Source: Chiloscyllium plagiosum (Eukaryota). From it: DNA of 60,301 nt. Shown piece after piece: positions 9,899-21,900 of the stretch. The number at the start of each line of letters is the position of its first letter. The first letter of the stretch is position 1. The stretch covers positions 637,248 to 697,548 of the forward strand of contig NC_057751.1 in assembly GCF_004010195.1 (NCBI RefSeq), in the 5' to 3' direction. A model generated the notes under the pieces. That model did not search any database. It was not told the DNA's origin and worked only from the letters and a program-made list of their open reading frames with translations. Position numbers and translations under genes: made by a program.

Positions 9899-12464
9899 AC
9901 AATAGACAATAGGTGCAGGAGTTGGCCATTCTGCCCTTCCAGCCTGCACCACCATTCAATATGATCATGGCTGATCATCCTTAATAAGTATCCTGTTCGT
10001 GCCTTATCTCCATAACCCTTGATTCCACTATCCTTGAGAGCTCTACCCAACTCTTTCTTAAATGAATCCAGAGACTGGGCCTCCACTGCCCTCTGGGGCA
10101 GAGCATTCCACACAGCCACCACTCTCTGGGTGAAGAAGTTTCTCCTCATCTCTGTCCTAAATGGTCTACCCCGTATTTTTAAGCTGTGTCCTCTGTTTCG
10201 GCACTCACCCCGCAGCGGAAACATGTTGCCTGCCGCCAGAGTGTCCAATCCTTTGATCATCTTATATGTCTCAACCAGATCCCCTCTCAGTCTTCTAAAC
10301 TCAAGGGTACACAAGCCCAGTCGCTCCAGTCTTTCAGTGTAAGGTAATCCCGCCATTCCAGGAATTGACCTCGTGAACCTACACTGCACTCCCTCAATAG
10401 CCAGAATAATCTGTAGTAATCTAGAGGTTATTACCTTTTTGGTTCTACTTTTTAATTTAGAGCCTAGCTACTCATATTCCCTCAGCAGAATCTCTTTCCT
10501 CTTTCTACATGTATCATTGGTACGTATGACAACTGGATCATTCCTCCACATCTCAAACTTTCTCTTAGCCTACAGAAGTATCTGCCATTGTTCCTCCACT
10601 GTCATCCCTGCTAAGGTATTGCACCATTGAACTTTGACCAGCTCCTCCCTCATAGCTCCATTGTTCCCTTTATTCAACTGAAATATTGTCACTACCGATT
10701 GTAACCTCTCCCTCTCAAATTGCAGATTGAAGCTTATTGTATTATGGTCAGTACCTCCTAATGACTCCTTCACTTTGAGGTCCCTGACCAATTCTGGTTC
10801 ATTGTGCAATATCAGATCCAGAATTGCCTTCTCCCTGGTAAGCTCCAGCACCAGCTGTTCTAAGAATCCATCTCTGAGGCACTCCACAAAGTCTCTTTCT
10901 TGAGGTCCAATACCATCCTGATTTCCCAGTCTACCTGCATGTTGAAATCCCCCATAACAACTGTAGTAACATCTTTGCCACAGGGCAATTTCAGCTCCTT
11001 ATTCAACTTACACCCTACATCTATACTACTGTTTGGGGGCCTGTAGATAACTCCCAAGAGGGTCTTTCTACCCTTAGTATTTCTCAGCTCTATCCACACT
11101 GACCCTACATCCCCTGATTCTAGGTCCCCCCGCGCAAGGGACTGAATATCATCCCTTACCAACAAGGCCACCCCACCCCCTCTGCCCGTCAGTCTGTCAT
11201 TACGATAGCACGTATAGCCTTGAATATTCATTTCCCAGGCCCTGTCCACTTGAAGCCAACTTCTAGTTATCCCCAAAATATCGTAGCTGCCAATTTCCAA
11301 AAGAGCCTCCAGCTCATCCATCTTATTTCAAATACTTCGTGCATTCATATATAGTATTTTTAATTTGTTACTGCCCTCACCCTTCCTATCAACCCCTACT
11401 TCACTCAACCTTACGGCATGATCCTTTTTGAGTTTTCTGCTTCGTTGATACCGTTGTCTTTCTTGACTTCCCTTGTTCTAACTTTCCCTTCAATTTCCTT
11501 CCTAAACTTCCAGTTTGTCCCCTCCCCGCCGCTATTTAGTTTAAAAGTAGCTGTGTTGCAGTAGCAAACCTGCCTGCCAGAATGCTGGTCCCCAACCTAT
11601 TAAGGTACAAACCGCCTCTTTTGTGTAATTTATGCTTACCACAAAACATACCCCAGTGATCCAAGAATTTAAGTCCTTGCTTCCTGCACCAGTTCCCCAG
11701 CCACACATTCAAGTCCATTATCTCCCTGTTCCTGGCCTCTCCAGCCCAGGGGAACTGGAAGCAAACCGGAGATAACCACTCTGGACGTCCTGCTTTTCAG
11801 CCTTCTTCCTAATTCTCCGAAGTCCCGCTGTAGTATGTTCCTCCTCTTCTTCCCGACATCATTTGTGCCGACATGTACCACCACCTCTGGTCTTCACCTT
11901 TGTCCTTGAGGATTTCCTGCACTCTGTCCACGATGTCTTTCACCCTGGCACCAGGAAGGCAACACACCATCCTTAAGTACCGTCTGTTGCCACAGAAATC
12001 CCGTTCAGTTCCTCTCACTATGGAGTCCCCTATTACCACGGTCCTGTGCGATGTCTGACTCCTCGGCTCTGCCTCCACACCAACTTTTGATTGACAGACC
12101 TGACCGCCTCACGGACTGACAATGTCATCTGTCTCTACTGTTTCCAAAAGATTCAACTTGTTCCCGACAGGTACGTTCCCCGGGGTCTCTTGCACCTGTC
12201 TCCTCTCTGCCTTCCTCACCGTCTGCTCTCTTCTGCTCTCTTCTGGTATGGTCGGTGTAATAACCTCGCTGAAGGTCCTGTCCAGAAAGATCTCGTTCTC
12301 TCGGATGAGCCGAAGGTCCTCGAGTTCTTTCTTCAGTGTTGCGATATGCTCGGTCAGTAGCTGAACGTGCACACACCCACTCAAATAACAATCACTTACC
12401 TTCCCAACCGGCTCTGCGCTCCGACTTCACTTCCGCCCAGCTCCCGCCGCTCTCTGCTGCAAAA
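9899..12464 (-). mobile_element. CR1 LINE with 5' UTR, ORF1 (zipper + SGNH esterase), APE endonuclease and 3' end; RT core missing
   Basis: ORF1 QLLTEHIATLKKELEDL, VIGDSIVRG, VHVGTND. EN motifs GGGVALLV, GVIYRPP, MGDFN, TDHN. 3' end RNFFTQRVV and (TATTGTC)n tail. Frameshifted. Confidence 0.92.
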
Positions 12465-12624
12465 AAATCTGTCATCCTTACCTGGTCTAGCCGACATGTG
12501 ACTCTTAACTGCCCTCTGGGCAATTTGGGGTGGACAATAAGTGCTGGTCATTACAGAGACACCCATATCTGTGAGTGAATATATTTTTAAAAAATTGTGG
12601 TCCAACTTGCATACAAATCTACTT

Positions 12625-13715
12625 GCAAACAGACTCCAGAAGAGAGCCTGTTCACATCCTGGGGACTCGGATAAAGACAACAACCCTAAAGCAGCAATAA
12701 ATGAGGAAATGGAAGGGATGGGCACCCTCAAGAAAATCATATTCTCCAGAGAAGTTGTACTGAGTAAATTGTTGAATCTCTGGGCTGACAAGTGCAAAGG
12801 TCCTGATGGACTCCATCCCAACGCCATAAAAGAAATGGTCAGTAAAATAGCTGATGGGTCAGTTTTAATTTTTCAAAACCCCCTGAAATTTGAGGAAGGT
12901 CCTAAAAGATTTAAAGACAACAAATTTAACTCCTTTATTAAAAAAGGGAGGATGATAGAAATTTGGAAACTACAGGCAAGTCAACCTAATATCTGTCGCT
13001 GGAAAAAGGTTACAAGCTCTTACTAAAGTTATGGCAAGATATTTGGATAAGTTCAAGAAAATCAAGCATTTGTCAAAGGTGAATCCTCTACTGGAGTTAT
13101 TTGAGGGAACAATGAATCATGGATAAAGGGGAACCAGTCACGTGTTGTATTTTAATTTCCAGAAGACATTTGATAAAGTGCCACATCTAAAATTAATGTG
13201 GAAAATAGAAGCACATGTTGTAGTGGGTAGCATATTGGTATGGTTAGAAGAATGACTAGCCAACAGGAAACAGAGTAGGTGTACATGGGTCTTTTTCAGA
13301 TTGGCAAGATGCAACAAGAGATGAGTCACAGGGTTACATTAATAAATGGATAAGGCCTGGCAAACTGAATTTAAAGTGGCAAAATGTGAAATTGTTCATA
13401 TTGGCAGGAAGAATAAAAATGACGCATGTTATTTCTATAGTATCAGATTGCAGAGCTCTGAGGTGTAGAAATGTGGGTGCTCTCAGGTATGAATCGCAAA
13501 AGGCTTCTATGCAGGTACAACAAGTAATTATCAAAGCAAATAAAACAGCACCAGATATTGCAAGGGAAATTAAACACAAAAGTTGGGAGGTTATTCTTCA
13601 GTGACAGTTGGCATTCTTGAGACCATATCTGGATTACTGTGCACAGTCTTAGTCATCTCAAGGAAGGATATATATACATTAAAAACAGGTTCATTGAAGG
13701 TTTACTAGAATAATG
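12625..13715 (+). mobile_element. Degenerate CR1 ORF2 (RT)
   Basis: GPDGLHP..KEM, DFQKTFDKVPH and KASMQVQQVI remnants. Confidence 0.8.
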
Positions 13716-13734
13716 GTGAATTGGTAAATTGAAT

Positions 13735-14560
13735 AATGGCCTCGGAACACTTCAACTCCATGGCATGAATGTGGAGTTCACCAGTTTCCTCATTTCCCCT
13801 CCTCCCACCCTACCCAAGTTGCAAACTTCTAGTTCAGCACTATCCTCGTGACTGTCCTACCTACCAATCTCCCTTCCCACCTATCCGGTCCACCCTCCCC
13901 TCCGACCTATCACCTCCATCCCCACCCCCATTCACATATTGTACTCTTTGCTNNNNNNNNNNNNNNNNNNNNNNNNNNNNNNNNNNNNNNNNNNNNNNNN
14001 NNNNNNNNNNNNNNNNNNNNNNNNNNNNNNNNNNNNNNNNNNNNNNNNNNNNNNNNNNNNNNNNNNNNNNNNNNNNNNNNNNNNNNNNNNNNNNNNNNNN
14101 NNNNNNNNNNNNNNNNNNNNNNNNNNNNNNNNNNNNNNNNNNNNNNNNNNNNNNNNNNNNNNNNNNNNNNNNNNNNNNNNNNNNNNNNNNNNNNNNNNNN
14201 NNNNNNNNNNNNNNNNNNNNNNNNNNNNNNNNNNNNNNNNNNNNNNNNNNNNNNNNNNNNNNNNNNNNNNNNNNNNNNNNNNNNNNNNNNNNNNNNNNNN
14301 NNNNNNNNNNNNNNNNNNNNNNNNNNNNNNNNNNNNNNNNNNNNNNNNNNNNNNNNNNNNNNNNNNNNNNNNNNNNNNNNNNNNNNNNNNNNNNNNNNNN
14401 NNNNNNNNNNNNNNNNNNNNNNNNNNNNNNNNNNNNNNNNNNNNNNNNNNNNNNNNNTCCCTGCCTCCATTCCTGATGAAGGGCTTTTGCACGAAACGTC
14501 GATTTTCCTGCTCCTCGGATGCTGCCTGACTTGCTGTGCTTTTCCAGCACCACTCTCATC
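13735..14560 (+). mobile_element. Penelope-like element 3' end spanning an assembly gap
   Basis: C-rich PLE-type 3' region, then CTGATGAAGGGCTTTTGCACGAAACGTC hammerhead-like end after the gap. Confidence 0.7.
13953..14457. other. Assembly gap
   Basis: N run. Confidence 1.
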
Positions 14561-15667
14561 TAGACATTTGGTCTATCTGTCCATACGAACTGTCAGAAGA
14601 GCATCCCACTCAATCCTATTCCTCCATTGCCCACAGCTAATCCACCTAGCCTGTGCATCCCTGGATACTACATGGCCAATCTACTTAATCTCCACATCTT
14701 TGGATGGTGGGAGGAAACTGGAGCACCAGGAAGAAATCCATTTAGACAGTCGCCTCAGGGTGGAATCGAACCCAGATCCCTGGTGCTATGAGGCAGCAGT
14801 GCTAAGCATTGAGCCACCGTGCCACGCTGAGGGTTTCTGATAAGATGGAGAAAACAGAGTCTCTAAATATTTTTAAGGCAGAGATGGGTACAGGTCAAGG
14901 GATAGATGGGAATGTGGCTTTGGGGTTATAATCAGATCAATTATCATCTTATTAGATCGCACAGCAGCTCAAAGGGCTTAATAGCTATACTTTGTATGCT
15001 CAATGTTTTCTTCTGTTTGTCAACAACAGGGTGAAGTTGAAATTTACAAATCAATGATTCGGCCTCAGCTTGAGTATTCTGCACAACTTTAGACACATCA
15101 GGAAGGAAACAATTGACGTTTACCAGCATGATGTCTGGGATGAAGGAATTTGGTAATGTGGAGTAATGGAAGAACCTGCCATCATTCTCCTTTGAGCAAA
15201 GATATTTAAAAGGAGGCCTGATTCCATTTTCAAAATTAACAGGGTTTTGTTCAAGCAAGTAGGCAGAAATCATTTCTTCTGGAAAGTGAGATCATAGGAA
15301 ACCTGACGAAGGAGCAACTCTCTGAAAGCTTGTGATTTCAAATAAACCTATTGGACTATAACCTAGTGTTAACTGACTTCTGACTTCATACAGAGGGTCA
15401 TTAAGACCTAGAGGCAGCACCATGGATAATGTATTGGAAAAGAACTAATTATAAAGCTTTGGGGAAAAAACGTTGGGGTGTGGACCTGGGTTGGACAACT
15501 GCAGCAAGAAGCCAACACAGGCACAGACTGGGTCCAATGACTTCTTCCTGTGTTGTAACATTCTAAGATTCTAAGAATGACTCACAATGGGGGTCATTCA
15601 TAACCTCAATTAGTCTGAAAAGTAACACAGTGAGGACACTAAGAACAACGAGATAATCTCAAATACA

Positions 15668-15907
15668 ATGGGAAAATCACGTGACATTAACTTTTTAAAA
15701 GGTAACTTCAGCAACTTCGGTGAAACCAACAGTGACATCAGGAAGCCAAGCCACAACTGCCGTATCATGAGCCAGGACATGTGGTGGGGCGCGATTGGTT
15801 CCTCGTTCACCGTCTTCATTGGAGGCATGCTGTTTATCCTCTTATATAGAGGCCTGAGGACTGCTTGTGATCTATTATCTGGATTTACTCATGGACATAA
15901 AACAAAG
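15668..15907 (+). CDS. Slo channel exon 1 (N-terminus, S0)
   Basis: ACA-ATG-G Kozak context, in-frame TAA upstream at 15623. [24 protein letters not shown] resembles Slo1 [24 protein letters not shown]. Ends KTK|gtaaat, as KCNMA1 exon 1 does. Confidence 0.9.
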
Positions 15908-18900
15908 GTAAATTAGGGAACATCTGATTTGTGATTGAAATAACTCCACAGAGGCTGGTGTCCGTCACCAAACAAACTTTTATTTGTACATGAGCAGTCC
16001 TTGACTTTAAGACTGCTTCATTCAGGCTCAGCTCTCACAGTGTCAGCATCTCTGACACTTCTGTTTCTATCTGTCAGCCAGGGCTCCCTGATTGGAGCAG
16101 ATTAACAGCCCCAAACAGGGGACTCAGATTCTCTGAGGTCCAGCTGGCTGAGTTTGTTCCAAGCAATGTTTGCTCTTTTAAAGAAAAGAGAAGCTTTGAA
16201 CTTAGACAACACTGTAACTTCTCAAACTATCTAAGTGGGTTTTGTTCTTGGATTAATGTGGCAGCCCACATCATGGCTGCACTCCATGTGAAGATAAAGA
16301 ATAACAACAGCAGCTAGATCGCAGTGCAGTTGTTAGGTCAGTGCAAAAATGGCATTAAGTCTGCAGAAGAGTGAGCTCATACATTTGGGTAAAGCAACCA
16401 AGTCAGTAGAACACACGATGAACATGAGCATGCTGATCAGAGATGAGGAATCTTGGATCCACAGATCTCTGAAAGTAGATGGAGAAAGCGGATTGAGGTC
16501 AATAATTTTCTGCCTGATATGATCTCCGCACCTGGGGAAATGAGGTAGGTCCACCCGCCTCCGAGATAACAGGAGGTTAAGAGGTGGAGCACAAGAGGAT
16601 GGCAGAAGAAATAAATCTTGGCATGGGAAGATGTGTGGTGTACTGCCTTCTTGCTTGAGGTAGTGGTGCTCTCTGATGGGTTTGAAGCTGAGGATTAGGC
16701 AGGAGGCATTGATTGTGATAAATGAGGACTTCGGGCAGCCCAAAAGGCTTCATCAAGAATGAAGTGTTTTTCAGTATAGATGACACGCTGCTGTCCCTGG
16801 GATGGAACTTGAACCCATATGTTTCTAATTAGTGTGGCTGAAAACGGGCATGTCTCAGACCTTATAAAGGATTATAAAAGCATGATGGGCACAGACAAGC
16901 TTAATAGCCAAAATCTTTCTCCAACAGTTGGAGAGTCCAAAACTTGAGGGCATAGGTTTAAGGTTAAGGGGGGAAAGGTTTAAAAGGGACCTGGGGGGGT
17001 CACTTTTTCACACAGAGGATAATGCGTACATGGAACAAGCTGCCAGAGAAACTGTTACATTTTAAAAAAACATTTGGACAAGTACATTGATAGGAAAGAT
17101 TTAGAGGGATAGAGTCAAATGGGAGTCGTTCAGTACAAGAAGGGTAGTAGGGATATTCTGGGTAACTACAGACCAGTGAGCCTGACGTCGGTGGTGGGGA
17201 AGTTGCTGGAGAGGGTACTGAGGGATAGGATCTATTTATAATTGAAAAGAATGAGCTTATCAGTGATAGGCAACATGGTTTTGTGCGGGGGAGATCGTGC
17301 TGTACCAACTTAATAGAGTTCTTCGAGGAAGTGACCAAGTTGATAGATGAAGGAAGGGCTGTTGATGTCATATACATGGACTTTAGTAAGGCATTGTAGA
17401 CTAATGGAGAAAGTGAAGTCACATGGTGTGCAGGGTGTTCTAGCTAGGTGGATAAAGAACTGGTTGAGCAACAGGAGACAGTAGTAGTTGAAGGGAGTTT
17501 CTCNNNNNNNNNNNNNNNNNNNNNNNNNNNNNNNNNNNNNNNNNNNNNNNNNNNNNNNNNNNNNNNNNNNNNNNNNNNNNNNNNNNNNNNNNNNNNNNNN
17601 NNNNNNNNNNNNNNNNNNNNNNNNNNNNNNNNNNNNNNNNNNNNNNNNNNNNNNNNNNNNNNNNNNNNNNNNNNNNNNNNNNNNNNNNNNNNNNNNNNNN
17701 NNNNNNNNNNNNNNNNNNNNNNNNNNNNNNNNNNNNNNNNNNNNNNNNNNNNNNNNNNNNNNNNNNNNNNNNNNNNNNNNNNNNNNNNNNNNNNNNNNNN
17801 NNNNNNNNNNNNNNNNNNNNNNNNNNNNNNNNNNNNNNNNNNNNNNNNNNNNNNNNNNNNNNNNNNNNNNNNNNNNNNNNNNNNNNNNNNNNNNNNNNNN
17901 NNNNNNNNNNNNNNNNNNNNNNNNNNNNNNNNNNNNNNNNNNNNNNNNNNNNNNNNNNNNNNNNNNNNNNNNNNNNNNNNNNNNNNNNNNNNNNNNNNNN
18001 NNNNNNNNNNNNNNGGATTCAATAACGAGAGGTCATGCTTTCAAGGTGAGAGGTGGAAAGTTTAAGGGGGATACACGCGGCAAGTACTTCACACAGAGGG
18101 TGGTGGGCATTTTGAACGCGTTGCCAGCAGAGGTGGTAGAGGCAGGCACGGTAGATTCATTTAAGATGCGTCTGGACAAATACATGAGTAGGTGGGGAGC
18201 AGAGGGATACAGATGCTTAGGAAGTGACCGACAGTTTAGACAGTACATTTGGATCGGCTCAGACTTAGAGGGCCAAAGGGCCTGTTCCTGGGCTGTAAAT
18301 TTTCTTTGTTCTTTGTTCTTAGGAAGCCTGATTGGCATGGACGAGTTGGGCAAAAGGATCTGATTCCAAGCCATATGACTCTATGACTGTATAAATTGGA
18401 TGAGATTGTATCCTGAAATACTTTTTCAAGTCAGTACCTTTAATTAATTTCTTCCTTCCTTTCCTTTGAACTAGTGGGCAAGAAGGAAAAGACAAAGTCA
18501 TGAAATCACTATCACTGGAAAGCACAAGATCAGCAACGTTGTCCTGGAGAAACGAGTTCAGGGATTGACACCGGAGGTATAGTTTGCCACCATCATGCTT
18601 GTGTTTATCGAACATCCTTCACAATCCCAGGATATTCCAAACAGCATTACAGCCAATATAGTTCTGAACTACAGTCAGTGTGGTGATAGCCAATCTGTGT
18701 GACATCCCGCAAGCAATGTGATCATGAGCTTTTTCGGGACCTTGATTGCAGGATAAATATTGACCAGGACAGCAGGGAGAATTTACATCTCATTCAAAAG
18801 TCAGCCCTTTCAACGCCCTCAGAAATGTCAGCCTGGTTTATGCGCTCAAGTCTCTGGAATCACAGAACTGACAGGGTGCAGAAGGAGGCCATTCAGCCCA

Positions 18901-21900
18901 TTCTATCTGCCCAGCTTTCACAATCTGCATCCCACTTAGTTCTCCCTACCTTCTCTCTGTAACTGTGCACATTCAAAGAACTGTCTAATTCCCTTTTGCA
19001 AGTCTCACCTGAACCCGCCACCACCCTCTCAAGATAATGTATTTTGGAAGCTAAATAATTATATCATGAAAAGGCTTTTGCTTCTTTTACAAATTACTTT
19101 AAATCTACACCCTCTCATCCTCAATCCTTTCACCAGAGGGAACGTTTTTACTCTTCCCAGACCTCTCATGATTTTGAAGGCTTCCGTTCTTCCCAAGTCT
19201 CATCTTCTCCAGTCTGTCTTCATACCTGAGATTCCTCACTTCTGGAACCATTCTGTTCTGCACTCTCGCCATTGTCTTCACATCCTTCCCTACACAGAGC
19301 TCCGGCTGAGACTGAACTGGTGTCTTAAACAAGTTCAACATCACTGCCTTGCTCTTGTGGTCTCTGCTGCTATTAGAAAAAACTGAGGAGATTGTGTGCT
19401 TTCTGAACTTCCCTCTCCACCTGTCCTGCTATCTTCAAGAACTTATGCACAAATACACCCAGGTTCCTCTGCTCCTGCATCCCCTTTAAAGATGTTTTTA
19501 TCGTGTCATTCATTTCATATTGTCTCTCCATTTATGTTCTACTGGAGTTAATCACAAAGGTGTTATTTATAATGTTAAACTTCATGCTTTGGGATATGCT
19601 ACTGTCATACAAGAATATTTGTCTTGCAAATAACAAGCCTACCTCAGAATAATCGAATTCTAGGGACTGTTTGTAGCTGCTGAAATGTTCCACCTTGCCC
19701 TAGTTTCTGTACAGTGTGAATGGCTGGTAAAAGCTCTTGGCAGTGTCCATTGTCTGGTGGCACAAAGCACAGAATCCCAACAGTGTGGAAACAGGCCCCT
19801 TGGCCCAACAACTCCACACCGACAAACATGTCCACTGCAAACAGTGAGTCCATGCCCTTAAACTAAAGAGAGAGCCAGACAGAGTGTGAGTGAGGGAAGG
19901 AAACAGACTGAGATAAGAGAGTGAGTATGTGACTGAGAAATGGGCAGAGAGGGAGAAAGAAATGGCTAGAGGCAGACAGTCAAACACAAAGGAAGGAACA
20001 GAGACCGAATAGAGAAAGGGAAGTGAGCGTAAAGTTTAGAGCACGAGGGAGACAGAAAAATGAAGGGAAACAGACAGTTGGAGAACGATAGAGACAAAGA
20101 AAGACAGTCAGAATGAGGGACAAATATATAAACAGACATTGACAGAAACAGAAATCAGGAAGTGAAAGGCTGAGACACAGGAATTTAAGAATTTTACGTG
20201 AGCTGGGTCAACAGTACATCCATTTTCATTTAACTGTTGATAGGAAGGTGGAAAAGAAGGTATGGACACAGCTCTTTGTAAAGTCACAGGATATGCCATT
20301 GACCAAAACAGTGAATGAAATGTATGATTTGCGCAATCAGTTTGGTGTTGGTTAAAGGGAAAGGAAACAAATAGAAAGCATTCCTCATCCTGCAGCGCAT
20401 TGCACTTCAATGTCTGTCCTCTCAGGTTGCCATCACCCAGGACCCCAGAAATTAAAAGCTTATCCACAGAACAATGCAGCAAACAAAATGCGGGAGAAAA
20501 GCCACTGGTCAGTTGAAGACACTGCGTTTGCAAAAGATTGAGAGCACCCTTATATCTGAGTTATGAAGGTCTTGGACTTGGGGGAAAGAATGGCTGTTTA
20601 CCTGAGAGCCATGGATCAGTCAGTTATAAAACATTGATGCAGATTTCTGATTGGCAGCTGGTGGGAAAGGCACCATGAGACTATGAGCGAACAAGAATGG
20701 GAATGTGCGGTCAGAGAACTTGGAGGAAGGGACTCATGGAGGACAGTGCACCAACTGCAGTTGGCAAGCCTAGCCTGCTCTTCTTGGGATATTTCCAACA
20801 GTGGTTGGACCATGGTTATGCAAATCTCTGCGAGTATTGCTGCACCACAAGACCTGTCACTCCTAAACCAACACAATTCTTCCAATAAATGTTTGGAAAT
20901 CTACAGGAGTTGCATGTGCCATGGGGAATGCTAAGTGTTGCTTCACCTGTTGATACCCATTGTGTTTTAGGAGATTGCACGCCTGAATGCCACAGAAACT
21001 TCAAAAATAAGGGATGTCGATCTGATGCACGCAGTCCAGGAATGGGCACAGCGAATGATATCAGCTCAGTCTCTGATTGGCCAAGGGCTTGTGAGTAACA
21101 AGAATGAGAAGTTTCACCTGAGACACCTAGACTTAAAATCAGACTTCAAACAGGGCTCTGTAAAAATGAAACTAAGATGGAAATAAAACTACCAGCTGTT
21201 TCTGGGACTCTGGGCAAGGAAGCAGATCAGTAACCTGAGATATTTTCTCTCAGATGACTACTGTCAGGATTACAGCTGATTACAGAAGTACTTGACAAGT
21301 CAGAGTCTTGATTGAAACTCGACTTGATAGATCATATGATTAATATATGTGTTGTTGGTTACCATGGTGGCAAGTCATGGATACCTTTTCACACAAAGCT
21401 GCGCATGTTCTCTAACAACAGATAATGAATTTACTGCACCAAAAATAAAAATATGTCGTACCATATCAACAACTCAAAGTTTTAATGTTTCCATGCAATA
21501 TCCTTTAAAGCTGCTGAATTCCCAGAGAAATGCAGCATGGTGGCAGTGGGTGGCTCAGTGGTTAGCTCACAGCGCTAGAGACCCGGGTTCAATTCCCACC
21601 TCAGGCAACTGTCTATGTGGAGTTTGCACATTCTCCCCGTGTCTGTGTGGGTTTCCTCCGTGTGCTCCAGTTTCCTCCCACAATCCAAAAATATGCAGGT
21701 TAGGTGAATTAGCCATGCTAAATTGCCCATAGTGGTAGATGTAGGGGAATGGGTCTGGGTGGGTTGCTCTTCGGAAGGTTGGTGTGGACTTGTTGGGCCG
21801 AAGGGCCTGTTTCCACACGGTAAGTAATCTAATCTAAATATCAAACCTTTCTTATCTCTTTAATTAATTACTTAACTGACTCTGTCCAGTCTCGCTTCTG

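Noticed and set aside
13769..14840. Long ORFs through N runs (also 17444-18363 and 41357-42095)
   Set aside because: Artefacts of assembly gaps; the flanks are TE sequence
21535..21610. tRNA-like A/B boxes
   Set aside because: These are SINE heads, with no complete cloverleaf or independent tRNA gene
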